Assembly (NCBI GenBank): GCA_031972735.1
Contig: DALYED010000001.1
Location: forward strand, 50,832 to 92,702
Source of the DNA: Minisyncoccota bacterium
GTDB lineage: Bacteria; Patescibacteriota; Minisyncoccia; Phycocordibacterales; UBA6899
Length of the DNA stretch: 41,871 nucleotides
Direction: 5' to 3'
Below, one piece after another: positions 24,225 to 32,779 of this stretch. Within the stretch, counting starts at the first letter, position 1, and every line of letters starts with the position of its first letter. Both the position numbers and the translations under genes were made by a program. Under the pieces are notes generated by a model that did no database searches, had not been told where the DNA came from, and was given only the letters and a program-made list of their open reading frames with translations.

Positions 24225-24932
24225 GTGCATGTGATTTCTGAGAAGACTCTTCAGTCTAGTGAACTTGAATTTTTTACGAAAACATTTTCATTTGCTTGGA
24301 GTAATATCGCGCCAATGCTTTCGGAAAGTGAAACTCAAGCACATCTTATGGATGTGATACGCAGATACGACGAACCACATCGTCAATATCACACACTACT
24401 TCGTGTCATTACTTTACTCAGAGTAGTTAATGAGCATGTCGGAGCAAAGTACTTCCAAGAAGTTGGACCGATTGAGACTTCGCAATTTATTTTGCTGTGC
24501 GCCTATCACAATTTGATTTATGTGCCGAGTGCTTGTGGCAACGAAGCACTTTCTGCACTCTACCTGAAAGATATTGCGATAGAGAGTGGGACACGCATGG
24601 CTTGCGTCGAACCAGTGCTCCGGGGTATTACTGCTGCAACCCATGAATTTCCGCGTAGTAGGGGTCTTTCTCAGATTGAACACCTTTTTCGTGATGCATG
24701 CATGCTTGTATTTACTGCTAAAGATAAGGTGCAGTATTACCATATCGTAAATCAAATTGCAGATGAGTATGACGCCGTTGGTATGAACAAAAAACAGTTC
24801 AGCGCGGTGCGAAAAGTATACCTCGAAAATATCCTTCGACAAGCGCATGGAACAATTTTCCACACACAATATTTTACGAGATATAACGATATTGCAATGC
24901 GCAATATAACGCAAGAACTTGATCTCTTTTGA
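24225..24932 (+). CDS. HD-superfamily-like protein (COG4339-type) with substituted metal-ligand residues
   Basis: GTG start with AAGGAG 8 nt upstream. YDEPHRQYHTLLRV and LLCAYHNLIY align from memory with the family consensus Y.EPHR.YHN..HI and A.WFHD.VY, but with H->R and D->N changes. Confidence 0.6.
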   Translation: MHVISEKTLQSSELEFFTKTFSFAWSNIAPMLSESETQAHLMDVIRRYDEPHRQYHTLLRVITLLRVVNEHVGAKYFQEVGPIETSQFILLCAYHNLIYVPSACGNEALSALYLKDIAIESGTRMACVEPVLRGITAATHEFPRSRGLSQIEHLFRDACMLVFTAKDKVQYYHIVNQIADEYDAVGMNKKQFSAVRKVYLENILRQAHGTIFHTQYFTRYNDIAMRNITQELDLF

Positions 24933-24956
24933 GCTCATGAGTTTGCAATTGCGAGA

Positions 24957-24984
24957 ACGGACGCCATAGCTGATGTGTGTCCGT
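24957..24984 (+). terminator. Intrinsic terminator of the HD-like gene
   Basis: ACGGAC-n16-GTCCGT followed by T8. Confidence 0.7.
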
Positions 24985-25032
24985 TTTTTTTACTCTCTTT
25001 ACTGATATGGGTATATAAGTATTCTCACTGAG

Positions 25033-25551
25033 GTGAAATTACGTGAAAAGTCACCACTAGGGTATACTTTTTTGATGCCAACAAGGCGACAACTGCAAGC
25101 AATTTATCGCAAACTTTTTCCTGGAATGCGACTGCGTGTCGTGAGGAAGAAGCGGGTGCGTCGTGCGCGAAGCAAATCTGCAACATTGCAATATCAAACA
25201 CACAAAGAAACTGCACGCACTTTGGTACATCGCAAACTCGAGCAGTTCAATCATCACTACGGTTTTTCGTATCACAAAGTAGCAATACGCGACCAGCAGT
25301 CACGATGGGGAAGTTGCTCAAAGAAAGGCAACCTCAATTTTAATTATCGACTTATATTTCTTCCTGATACGCTTGCTGACGCTGTTATTGTTCATGAACT
25401 CTGTCACTTGAAAGAATTCAATCACGGCAAGAATTTCTGGGCGCTTGTCGCAGAGACCATCCCTGATCATCGTGAGCGAAAGCTAAAATTATCGAAGATT
25501 CCCTTTCGTGGATTAGGTGTTGCGCACAAGGATGTACAAGCTATGATGTAA
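25033..25551 (+). CDS. DUF45/YgjP-like zinc metallopeptidase (short form)
   Basis: SRWGSCS, VIVHELCHL (HExxH) and NHGKNFW are hallmarks of the family. The start is uncertain: GTG at 25033 or ATG at 25075. Confidence 0.8.
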   Translation: MKLREKSPLGYTFLMPTRRQLQAIYRKLFPGMRLRVVRKKRVRRARSKSATLQYQTHKETARTLVHRKLEQFNHHYGFSYHKVAIRDQQSRWGSCSKKGNLNFNYRLIFLPDTLADAVIVHELCHLKEFNHGKNFWALVAETIPDHRERKLKLSKIPFRGLGVAHKDVQAMM

Positions 25552-25553
25552 AC

Positions 25554-25814
25554 ATGAAACACACAGCACATAGTGGCTATATCGGAATGATCGGACTTCT
25601 TGTCTCAATTGCAATCATTGCACTCCTTTTTACTGGAGAGTATTTCTCTCCACGTCAAACAGATGCACTGCAAGAGGTTCAGCCTAAAACGGCAAGTGGT
25701 ACTATTCCTCTTACTGAGGTTGGGCAGATGCATGCAGATGTTGATGCTGCAAACGCACTGCGTGATACGCTCAACGCTAAAAATAAGGAGACGAATGCAT
25801 TGATGGTCGAATAG
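25554..25814 (+). CDS. Small hypothetical membrane-anchored protein (86 aa)
   Basis: The start lies 2 nt after the DUF45 stop, suggesting translational coupling. One N-terminal TM helix (IGMIGLLVSIAIIALLF). Confidence 0.5.
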   Translation: MKHTAHSGYIGMIGLLVSIAIIALLFTGEYFSPRQTDALQEVQPKTASGTIPLTEVGQMHADVDAANALRDTLNAKNKETNALMVE

Positions 25815-25853
25815 ATAGTAATTGGCATATTTTATGCTATAGTCACAACCATC

Positions 25854-26330
25854 ATGATTGGACTCGCACTTACCCCAGAGCAATTCAAAATTCTTCTTCG
25901 GATGGTCTATATTGCCAATACGGTGGCAAATAGCCACAGCGAAGACAGTGATTTTTTGAAAGAATATGACGAGCTAGAGCAATATATTTTTTCACGCGCA
26001 AAAGAAGCTGGATTCCCAGGTGCTACGGAGCGACATAAAGTTGATGAAGAAGTGCATCATCACCCCTCACCAATGTTTGAAAATGATGCTGAAGTCAACA
26101 AAATTCTTGATGAGTACGACACACGCGCGACATTTGAATTTCTCGGAGAGAAACTCGCAGAACGGGACCTTGAAAAGAAATATGGACCAAATGCAAAAGA
26201 TAGAATGCCCGCCACTGATTACGAAGAACTTCTTGTGGAACGCACAGAAGAATATGTCGTAGAATTCAATGATTTTGGATTTTCAAAAATCCGTGTAGAT
26301 GGCATGCAAGGAGGGGAGAATAAGCAATAA
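25854..26330 (+). CDS. Hypothetical acidic protein (158 aa)
   Basis: Clean ORF. An extended -10 (TGcTATAGT at 25835-25843) lies 10 nt upstream of the ATG. No family recognised. Confidence 0.6.
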   Translation: MIGLALTPEQFKILLRMVYIANTVANSHSEDSDFLKEYDELEQYIFSRAKEAGFPGATERHKVDEEVHHHPSPMFENDAEVNKILDEYDTRATFEFLGEKLAERDLEKKYGPNAKDRMPATDYEELLVERTEEYVVEFNDFGFSKIRVDGMQGGENKQ

Positions 26331-26338
26331 CGCATCAT

Positions 26339-26866
26339 ATGTCAGAGACTCCAGTTTTATTCCTCGATTTTGATCGCACATTATTTAACACAGAGCAGTT
26401 CTATGACTGGCTTGGAGATGATGTTTCAGCACAGCTGAGTGCACTCATGAGTGGAGAATTACTTGCTGAAAATTTTTCAGCAATGCTTTTTCCTGAAGTA
26501 ATTTCTTTCTTAGCGATTGCGCGTACTCATTACCATCTCGTCATTCTTACATTTTCTACTACTCCAGAACTTCAGCGAATCAAGCTTCGTGAATCCGGCA
26601 TCCTCAAGTACGTTGATGAGGTTATCATTACTGAAAGGGATAAAGGCCTTGAAGCAAAAGAGTATCTTTCGCTAAAACACAAGTCTGCGTTAATGCATTA
26701 TTTTGTTGATGACACTGAAAGCAAGATCCATGAAGTGTATGCACAGAATCGAAATATCACTTGTTACCTCATTGACCGGAGTAAGAGTGAAATGACAGTA
26801 TTGGATAATGGTGTGTTGGTTATTTGCGACCTAGCCATGCTCGCAAATCATTTAAAAATGAGGTAG
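26339..26866 (+). CDS. HAD-superfamily-like hydrolase
   Basis: N-terminal motif I DxDxT (LFLDFDRTLF). 175 aa. Starts 8 nt after the upstream gene. Terminator hairpin at 26873-26894. Confidence 0.65.
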   Translation: MSETPVLFLDFDRTLFNTEQFYDWLGDDVSAQLSALMSGELLAENFSAMLFPEVISFLAIARTHYHLVILTFSTTPELQRIKLRESGILKYVDEVIITERDKGLEAKEYLSLKHKSALMHYFVDDTESKIHEVYAQNRNITCYLIDRSKSEMTVLDNGVLVICDLAMLANHLKMR

Positions 26867-26872
26867 CAAAAA

Positions 26873-26894
26873 CCCCATGCTTGCGGACATGGGG
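26873..26894 (+). terminator. Terminator candidate after the HAD-like gene
   Basis: CCCCATG-n8-CATGGGG with a weak T tract (tattacttttcg). Confidence 0.5.
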
Positions 26895-27098
26895 TATTAC
26901 TTTTCGACCTGTTAATGTAATTAGCATAGCACAGAAAACAACAGTGTGGGGAATTTACCTGTGGATTGCTTTTTGTATTGAGAAATAAAATGGCTCTATG
27001 AAGCCAAATAATAATTTCATTTGAAAAAATTATTTTTCTAAATTTACAGTGAATTTATCATGAAATAATGCGTATGCAGATCATATGCATAAATAAAA

Positions 27099-27118
27099 AC
27101 CCGCAGTATGTTGCGGGT
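27099..27118 (-). terminator. Intrinsic terminator of the 92-aa gene
   Basis: ACCCGCA-n6-TGCGGGT, followed on the minus strand by TTTTTATTTAT. Confidence 0.8.
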
Positions 27119-27141
27119 CAATATAATTAATCTCGATAATT

Positions 27142-27420
27142 TCAAAAGAGGGGATATTGCTTTTGGATCAGAGGTTGCGGAGTTGGACGCACTTCTTTCA
27201 TGTGCTCTTTAAACATGATTGCAGCATGTGCATGGGCAGTGCGCTTAATCTGTTCGTGCGCAGAAGTCGGTTTTGTGACGACAACAGGTCTCAGGTCATC
27301 TGTGCAAGTGAAGACAAATGTTCTGCCTTCAACTATTATCTCGACTCGTGGGAGTTTGCGCTCTGGGTCTGCATAGTAAAAGCGTTTTTTTGATACGTAC
27401 AAGTTTCGGTTTGCACTCAC
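27142..27420 (-). CDS. Hypothetical protein (92 aa)
   Basis: GTG start with GGAGG 6 nt upstream. TTGCTA-17-TATAAT promoter and its own terminator. No family recognised. Confidence 0.6.
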   Translation of the reverse strand: MSANRNLYVSKKRFYYADPERKLPRVEIIVEGRTFVFTCTDDLRPVVVTKPTSAHEQIKRTAHAHAAIMFKEHMKEVRPTPQPLIQKQYPLF

Positions 27421-27465
27421 TTGAAGCCTCCATATCTTTGAAATGAAGAGAACTACGCTGTTGGA

Positions 27466-27494
27466 ATTATATCACAAAATTACATACTTAGCAA
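27466..27494 (-). promoter_or_regulatory. Promoter candidate for the 92-aa gene: TTGCTA-17-TATAAT
   Basis: On the minus strand, TTGCTA is at 27494-27489 and TATAAT at 27471-27466, with a 17-nt spacer. The roughly 40-nt leader carries GGAGG. Confidence 0.6.
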
Positions 27495-27528
27495 GCATGT
27501 ATCCACAATGCACTATGTTGGATCAATA

Positions 27529-27978
27529 TTATCCAACAAGTGATTCACAGACTGCTTTTACGTCGTTTCCGTCAGCTTGACCCTTGCACTCCTTCATGAC
27601 TGCTCCAACAAACTTTCCGATCGCACTCTTCTCAATCGTACCAAGCTCAGCTTTTTTTGCAGTTGCGATACTCATGATCTCATCTCGCGACATCATGGTT
27701 GGTAAAAATTCTTCAATGATCGCAAGTTCTGCCTGTTCTTTCGCAGCGAGTTCTGGACGACCTCCATCGGTAAATTGTTGTGCTGAATCTTTGCGTTGTT
27801 TGACGAGGCGTTTCAGTACAATAAAACATTCACTATCTCCAAGTATTTCCTGTGGAGTGTGACGCGTGGCAACCAGCTCGTTTACAAATGCAGTAAGAAT
27901 GGAGCGCAATACTTCCTTGCGAAGCTCGTCTTTTGCGCGCATTGCGTCTTTGATCTGTTCTTTGATTTTTTCGTGCAT
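27529..27978 (-). CDS. yqeY: GatB/YqeY domain-containing protein
   Basis: 149 aa. MHEKIKEQIKDAMRAKDELRKEVLRSILTAF... is the typical YqeY N-terminus. Confidence 0.88.
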   Translation of the reverse strand: MHEKIKEQIKDAMRAKDELRKEVLRSILTAFVNELVATRHTPQEILGDSECFIVLKRLVKQRKDSAQQFTDGGRPELAAKEQAELAIIEEFLPTMMSRDEIMSIATAKKAELGTIEKSAIGKFVGAVMKECKGQADGNDVKAVCESLVG

Positions 27979-28098
27979 ATATATGAAATTATGCTCTGAT
28001 TATAGCGTGGAAGGGATGTTGTGCTCTATTGACAAAAATTAATTATGTGATAATTTTAAACCGGATAGTACCAACAAATAACTACGAAGAGGTGAGAA

Positions 28099-28656
28099 AT
28101 GCGAGCAATTAAATTGCAACAACTTCTTGAAGAAAATCGACTACTACGAATCAAACTTGATCAAGCTGAAGAAATTGCAAAGCGTGATGAACTGACAAGG
28201 CTATATCGGCGTTGGTATTTCACGAAATGTGTCGAAGAAGACCTGTTGTCTTTTTCAAAAGGTATTCGTGAAGGTGACCATGAGCCGACTGCCTCAGTGT
28301 TTGTCATGCTCGACTTGAAAGGCTTCAAGCTTTTCAATGATCTTCCTGAAGGGCAGGTCGCGGGCGATGTTGCGCTCCAGCATGCCGGCAAAGCGATGAT
28401 GCGAGTACTGAGGAAAGGGGACAAGCTCGGTCGCATCGGTGGAGATGAATTTGGGTTGTGGCTCTTGGGGATGAACTTTAAGCGCCTGCAGGACAAAATC
28501 AATGAAATCAATGAGAGTCTTCAAAAAGAAAATGACTTACTCTCGGTCCATTTTGGCTATGCATTTTACAAACCAGGTATGGATTTTCAGGATCTCTATT
28601 CAGGTGCCTCTGTCTCGCTTCATAAAGCAAAAGAAGCAAGTCGTCGTAGTAAGTGA
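28099..28656 (+). CDS. Stand-alone GGDEF-domain diguanylate cyclase
   Basis: 185 aa with a short N-terminal coiled coil, DELTRLYRRWYF, an intact GGDEF (28438-28452) and an RxxD I-site (RKGD, 28411-28422) five residues upstream. GAGGTG SD. Confidence 0.88.
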   Translation: MRAIKLQQLLEENRLLRIKLDQAEEIAKRDELTRLYRRWYFTKCVEEDLLSFSKGIREGDHEPTASVFVMLDLKGFKLFNDLPEGQVAGDVALQHAGKAMMRVLRKGDKLGRIGGDEFGLWLLGMNFKRLQDKINEINESLQKENDLLSVHFGYAFYKPGMDFQDLYSGASVSLHKAKEASRRSK

Positions 28657-28676
28657 TATTGCCAGAAATCGTACAA

Positions 28677-28700
28677 AGCCACTCGAATACACGAGTGGCT
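28677..28700 (+). terminator. Intrinsic terminator of the GGDEF gene
   Basis: AGCCACTCG-aataca-CGAGTGGCT followed by TTTTTT. Confidence 0.85.
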
Positions 28701-28768
28701 TTTTTATGCACAATATACTCCAAGTAGAACTATTCTGATTATCGAAATACGCATGATAAGATTACAAG

Positions 28769-29851
28769 ATGGAAATAATATTACTCAGCATCATTGCTGT
28801 CCTTGTGTTGCTTGCCTCAGCGCTTGTTTGGATTGTACTTGGTCGTAAACAAACTGGAGGAGGTACTGAGGGGATGCTCCTCATGCAACAACAAATGGCG
28901 GAGCTTACCAAACAGATGGACGCTAAGCTCACTGAGTCTCGCCGTGATATGACTGATGCGGTGCGGACTCAATTCACTGAGTCACAGAAGCTACTTCGCG
29001 AGATCAATGATCAAATGAACAAGAGTCTGATTGATGTCGCACGCGAGCAGACAAAAACCAATGAATCCACGACCCGCTTTATGGCAATCGCTGAACAACT
29101 CGCAAATCTTGAAAAAGTACTCAAGCATCAAAAACAACGAGGAAATCTCGGTGAAGCGTCACTTGAATTAATTCTCTCGAATATTCTCCCTCCGGGTGCA
29201 TATAAGATGCAGCATCGTTTTGGAAATAACGACGCTGTTGATGCAGTGATTGTGACAAAAGATGGCATGATTCCTGTCGATGCAAAATTCTCGCTCGATA
29301 ATTACAATCGTGTCACGATGGCTATCGATGACAAACAGCGTGATGAGCTTGAGAAAGAATTCAAGAATGACCTCAAGAAACGTATTGATGAAACTGCAAA
29401 ATATATCCGCCCTGAAGAGGGAACACTCCCATTCGCATTTATGTTCATCCCTGCCGAAGGTATTTATTACGACCTGTTAGTTAATGAAGTGGGTGCAATA
29501 AAGGTAAATACACGCAATCTTATCGATTATGCATATAACGAAAAGAAGGTCATCATTGTCTCGCCGACCACCTTTGCTGCCTACCTGCAATCGGTGCTCT
29601 ACGGCTTTAAGGCGTTTAAAATCGAAGAAAGCGCCAAAGATATCATTAAGCGGGTTGATGAGCTTGGAAAGCACCTGAAGGCATATGAAGACTATATGGC
29701 AAGGCTAGGTAATGCGCTTGGAACCACGGTAAACCTCTATAATGCAGCCTATAAGGAGCTTGGGAAGGTAGATAAGGATGTCACTCGGATAACGGGTCAA
29801 ACCCCTGGTTTGGAGGCGAATTTGCTCGAAAAACCGAATACTGGGGAATAA
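28769..29851 (+). CDS. rmuC: DNA recombination protein RmuC
   Basis: 360 aa with an N-terminal TM helix, a long coiled-coil and a C-terminal RmuC nuclease-like region (...PVDAKFSL...FMFIPAEG...). Confidence 0.88.
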   Translation: MEIILLSIIAVLVLLASALVWIVLGRKQTGGGTEGMLLMQQQMAELTKQMDAKLTESRRDMTDAVRTQFTESQKLLREINDQMNKSLIDVAREQTKTNESTTRFMAIAEQLANLEKVLKHQKQRGNLGEASLELILSNILPPGAYKMQHRFGNNDAVDAVIVTKDGMIPVDAKFSLDNYNRVTMAIDDKQRDELEKEFKNDLKKRIDETAKYIRPEEGTLPFAFMFIPAEGIYYDLLVNEVGAIKVNTRNLIDYAYNEKKVIIVSPTTFAAYLQSVLYGFKAFKIEESAKDIIKRVDELGKHLKAYEDYMARLGNALGTTVNLYNAAYKELGKVDKDVTRITGQTPGLEANLLEKPNTGE

Positions 29852-29864
29852 TCCTCATATTCAC

Positions 29865-29893
29865 TTGCTTTTTTATTGATATTTCGGTAGTAT
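29865..29893 (+). promoter_or_regulatory. Promoter candidate for rplU: TTGCTT-17-TAGTAT
   Basis: TTGCTT at 29865-29870, a 17-nt spacer and TAGTAT at 29888-29893. The ATG at 29904 lies 10 nt downstream, with no SD. Confidence 0.6.
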
Positions 29894-29903
29894 GGCTTCC
29901 ACT

Positions 29904-30251
29904 ATGGCATTTGCAGTAATACAAACAGGCGGAAAACAATACAAGGTTGAGGCAGGCGATGTACTCAAAATCGAGAAGCTTTCACAGCCTCGCAAGGAGG
30001 GTGAACAGCCAGTCGTGTACGAGGACGGAGCCAAAATCGTTTTTGATCAGGTACTACTTATTGATGATGGTAGCACTACTAAAGTCGGAGCTCCTTATAT
30101 AGCAGGAGCAAAGGTAAATGCGACTGTCGTTGTTGCTGAAGCAAAGGGTAAGAAAGTAATGGTCGTAAAGTACATGGCAAAGTCACGATACTTTAAGAAA
30201 AATGGCCACCGACAACCTTTCACGGAAGTGAAAATTGAATCAATCGGATAA
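29904..30251 (+). CDS. rplU: 50S ribosomal protein L21
   Basis: MAFAVIQTGGKQYKVEAGDVLKIEKL matches the canonical L21 N-terminus. The ATG at 29892 overlaps the -10 hexamer TAGTAT, so ATG 29904 is preferred. Confidence 0.92.
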   Translation: MAFAVIQTGGKQYKVEAGDVLKIEKLSQPRKEGEQPVVYEDGAKIVFDQVLLIDDGSTTKVGAPYIAGAKVNATVVVAEAKGKKVMVVKYMAKSRYFKKNGHRQPFTEVKIESIG

Positions 30252-30444
30252 CCAATCAAAAAAGCGCCCCATAAAGGGGTTCTTTTTTAAAATCAAAAAT
30301 GAACAGAGAGGAACATCATGAAGTATTTGACGTGGCGAACAGTCGTTCAATCGATGAGGCTCTTTCATTTGCACCACTTATTTCAGGAGAAGAAGAATGC
30401 GAGGAAGAAGTGCTCGACATCGACTCGACACTCGGAGGGTAGTA

Positions 30445-31062
30445 TTACTTTCTACCTTCAAGTGCGTAGCGGAGTGTTTCGGTATCAGAGTACTCAAGTT
30501 CGGTACCAGTTGAAAGTCCTCGTCCAAGACTGGTGACTTTGATGAAATTTTGCTCACACAAAGGCGTGATGGCTTCACGAACATAATCCGCAGTGTGTTC
30601 AGACTCTGGAGTTACTGCGCATGCAAGGATGACTTCTTTTAAGTCACCAGACTCTTTTTCTATGACTGCAATGAGATCACTGATACGAATCCGAGTATTC
30701 GGTTCTTTTTCTAAGATAGGGAGTGCTCCTCCTAGTACAAAATAGCTACCACTGTAGGTACTGCTCCGCTCCAATGCTTCAAGATCTGAATCTTTTTCGA
30801 CAACCATAAGCAGTGCATGGTCACGTGTTGTATCAGTACATATTCCACATGTCGGACCTGCCTCATTGAAGCGCTTGGTGTAATAGCGGTGGCAACGTGC
30901 ACATTCTAAAATAGTCCGTTCAAGTGCCTCGATTTGCCGTATGAGTTCACTTACGTATGATTTATTCTGCTTCAGAAGGAAATAGACAAAACGCTTGGAT
31001 TGGCGTGTTCCAATTCCTGGAAATTCAGCAAAAAGTTGTGCGAGTCGGTGTATGGGGTCCAT
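30445..31062 (-). CDS. recR: Recombination protein RecR
   Basis: 205 aa with an HhH motif (FPGIGTRQSKRF), a C4 zinc finger (CARC...CGIC) and a Toprim domain. Confidence 0.95.
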   Translation of the reverse strand: MDPIHRLAQLFAEFPGIGTRQSKRFVYFLLKQNKSYVSELIRQIEALERTILECARCHRYYTKRFNEAGPTCGICTDTTRDHALLMVVEKDSDLEALERSSTYSGSYFVLGGALPILEKEPNTRIRISDLIAVIEKESGDLKEVILACAVTPESEHTADYVREAITPLCEQNFIKVTSLGRGLSTGTELEYSDTETLRYALEGRK

Positions 31063-31160
31063 AGGAAAATAGTATGCAGTGGGCGTAAGACAAATTTGGT
31101 ATGCGGTATCAGGTATACTGCACGCTCAATACGAGATATTGAATACAATATACCTGCATA

Positions 31161-32543
31161 TTAAAAGATGTCATCAAATGCTTTGTCTGATCCACCAGAG
31201 TAACCTTTGTCGATTTCTCTGAATGTCGTGTGTCGTCCGTCAAAGAAGAGCTCAACATAGCCTGTTGGGCCATTTCTGTGCTTCTCGATCATGATTTCTG
31301 CAATGTTTGGTTTATCTGAATTCTCGTTTTGCTTGTCATCGCGATGAATGAACATAACTACATCAGCATCTTGCTCAATCGAACCAGAGTCACGAAGGTC
31401 AGAGAGACGTGGCTTGCCACCGCGTTGCTCAACAGCACGAGAGAGCTGTGAGAGTGCAAGTACTGGGACATCGAGGTCTTTTGCGAGACCCTTGAGCGAG
31501 CGCGAGATTTCAGTTACTTGCTGGACCATCGAGTCAGTTGAGCGCATCGGTGTCATCAGTTGAAGGTAGTCGACAATCACAAGTCCAAGGTTGTGCTCAC
31601 TTTTCATACGGCGGACCGCAGAACGCATGTTCATGATGTTGATGCCTGCTTGATCATTGATAAAGATTGGAGCTTTTGAGAGTCTGTCCAAACCTTCGCG
31701 AAGATATGCAAACTCATGATCTTTTGAAAGTTGACCGGTACGAAGTTTCCATGAGTCGACCGAGCTTTCTGCCGAGAGCATACGGTCGATGAGTTGCTGT
31801 GAACTCATTTCGAGTGAAAAGATGCCTACAGGGATATTGTGTTCAACCGCTGCCTTACGGGCGATATCAAGTGCAAATGAAGTTTTACCCATCGAAGGAC
31901 GAGCAGCCAAGATGATAAGATCTGAGCGTTGAAGTCCAGATAGCATTTTGTCGAGACTAGGGAATCCTGTGGGAACACCACGCATGCCGTCTTTGTCAGC
32001 ATGAATTTTTTCGATGCGCTCCCATGCGACCACAAGGGCATCTTTGATCTTTTGTATTCCTTGCCCAGAAGAAATATTGGTCACAGAGTAAATCTTACTT
32101 TCTGCTTCGTCGAGAATTTCTTCAAGCGCAAGATCTTCTTGGTAGCCTAGCTGAGATACATGTTCAGAGACACGGATAAGTTCACGCAAAATATGCTTCT
32201 TGCGTACAGTTTCTGCATAGAAGCGTGAATTTGCTGATGAAGGAACAGAACTCGCAAGCTCTGCGAGATAGGTGCGCCCACCTATTTGGTCGAGCAATGC
32301 CTTCTCCTCGAGTCGCATTGCGAGTGTAAGGAGGTCGATTGGCTCATGCTTTGATTGGAGTTCAAGCATTGCTTCAAAAATCAGACGATGCTTCTCTGCA
32401 TAGAATGATTCTGCGAGTACGACATCAGAAATTTCATAGAGTGAATCGCTACGAAGCATGATGGCGCCAAGTAGCGCTTGCTCCGACTCAAGATGTTGAG
32501 GCGGTAAACGTAACCCTGTTGTCGGTACATAAGGACTCTTCAT
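31161..32543 (-). CDS. dnaB: Replicative DNA helicase DnaB
   Basis: 460 aa with PPQHLESEQALLGAIML at the N-terminus, Walker A ARPSMGKTSFAL and VIVDYLQLM. No intein-sized insertion. Confidence 0.95.
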   Translation of the reverse strand: MKSPYVPTTGLRLPPQHLESEQALLGAIMLRSDSLYEISDVVLAESFYAEKHRLIFEAMLELQSKHEPIDLLTLAMRLEEKALLDQIGGRTYLAELASSVPSSANSRFYAETVRKKHILRELIRVSEHVSQLGYQEDLALEEILDEAESKIYSVTNISSGQGIQKIKDALVVAWERIEKIHADKDGMRGVPTGFPSLDKMLSGLQRSDLIILAARPSMGKTSFALDIARKAAVEHNIPVGIFSLEMSSQQLIDRMLSAESSVDSWKLRTGQLSKDHEFAYLREGLDRLSKAPIFINDQAGINIMNMRSAVRRMKSEHNLGLVIVDYLQLMTPMRSTDSMVQQVTEISRSLKGLAKDLDVPVLALSQLSRAVEQRGGKPRLSDLRDSGSIEQDADVVMFIHRDDKQNENSDKPNIAEIMIEKHRNGPTGYVELFFDGRHTTFREIDKGYSGGSDKAFDDIF

Positions 32544-32743
32544 GTGATTGGATTATTTTAGCACGGAGTTGGTTCGAGTAGTAAAGGGGAAAAGCTGTGC
32601 ATGAAATAGCCCAATTTCTCAGTAATTTGACGTGGCGTTGAATATAAAGAAATATGGACAAAATGCTTCACGTAGTATTGCTGTTGACAGTGTGGTGGTG
32701 ACAGTTGAGTTTTCCTGACCTAAATTATGAGCGCAATAAAAAA

Positions 32744-32764
32744 ACCGCCCGAATGTAGGGCGGT
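32744..32764 (-). terminator. Intrinsic terminator of the marR-MFP-RND operon (palindromic, usable on both strands)
   Basis: ACCGCCC-n7-GGGCGGT, flanked by A7 and T7. Confidence 0.85.
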
Positions 32765-32779
32765 TTTTTTAAAAAAGTA

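Noticed and set aside
25554-25640. Prepilin-like N-terminus in the 86-aa protein (SGYIGMIGLLVSIAIIALL).
   Set aside because: It lacks the G/F-T-L-I-E signature, in particular Glu at +5. It is treated as a plain TM anchor.
27066-27095. dif-like XerCD site (AATGCGTATGCAGATCATATGCATAAAT).
   Set aside because: By eye only about half the positions match the E. coli dif consensus, and the XerD arm is poorly matched. I cannot support it without a lineage-specific dif model.
30318-30536. 72-aa plus-strand ORF after rplU.
   Set aside because: It overlaps the 3' end of recR by about 90 nt on the opposite strand. Its basic, low-complexity translation looks non-coding.
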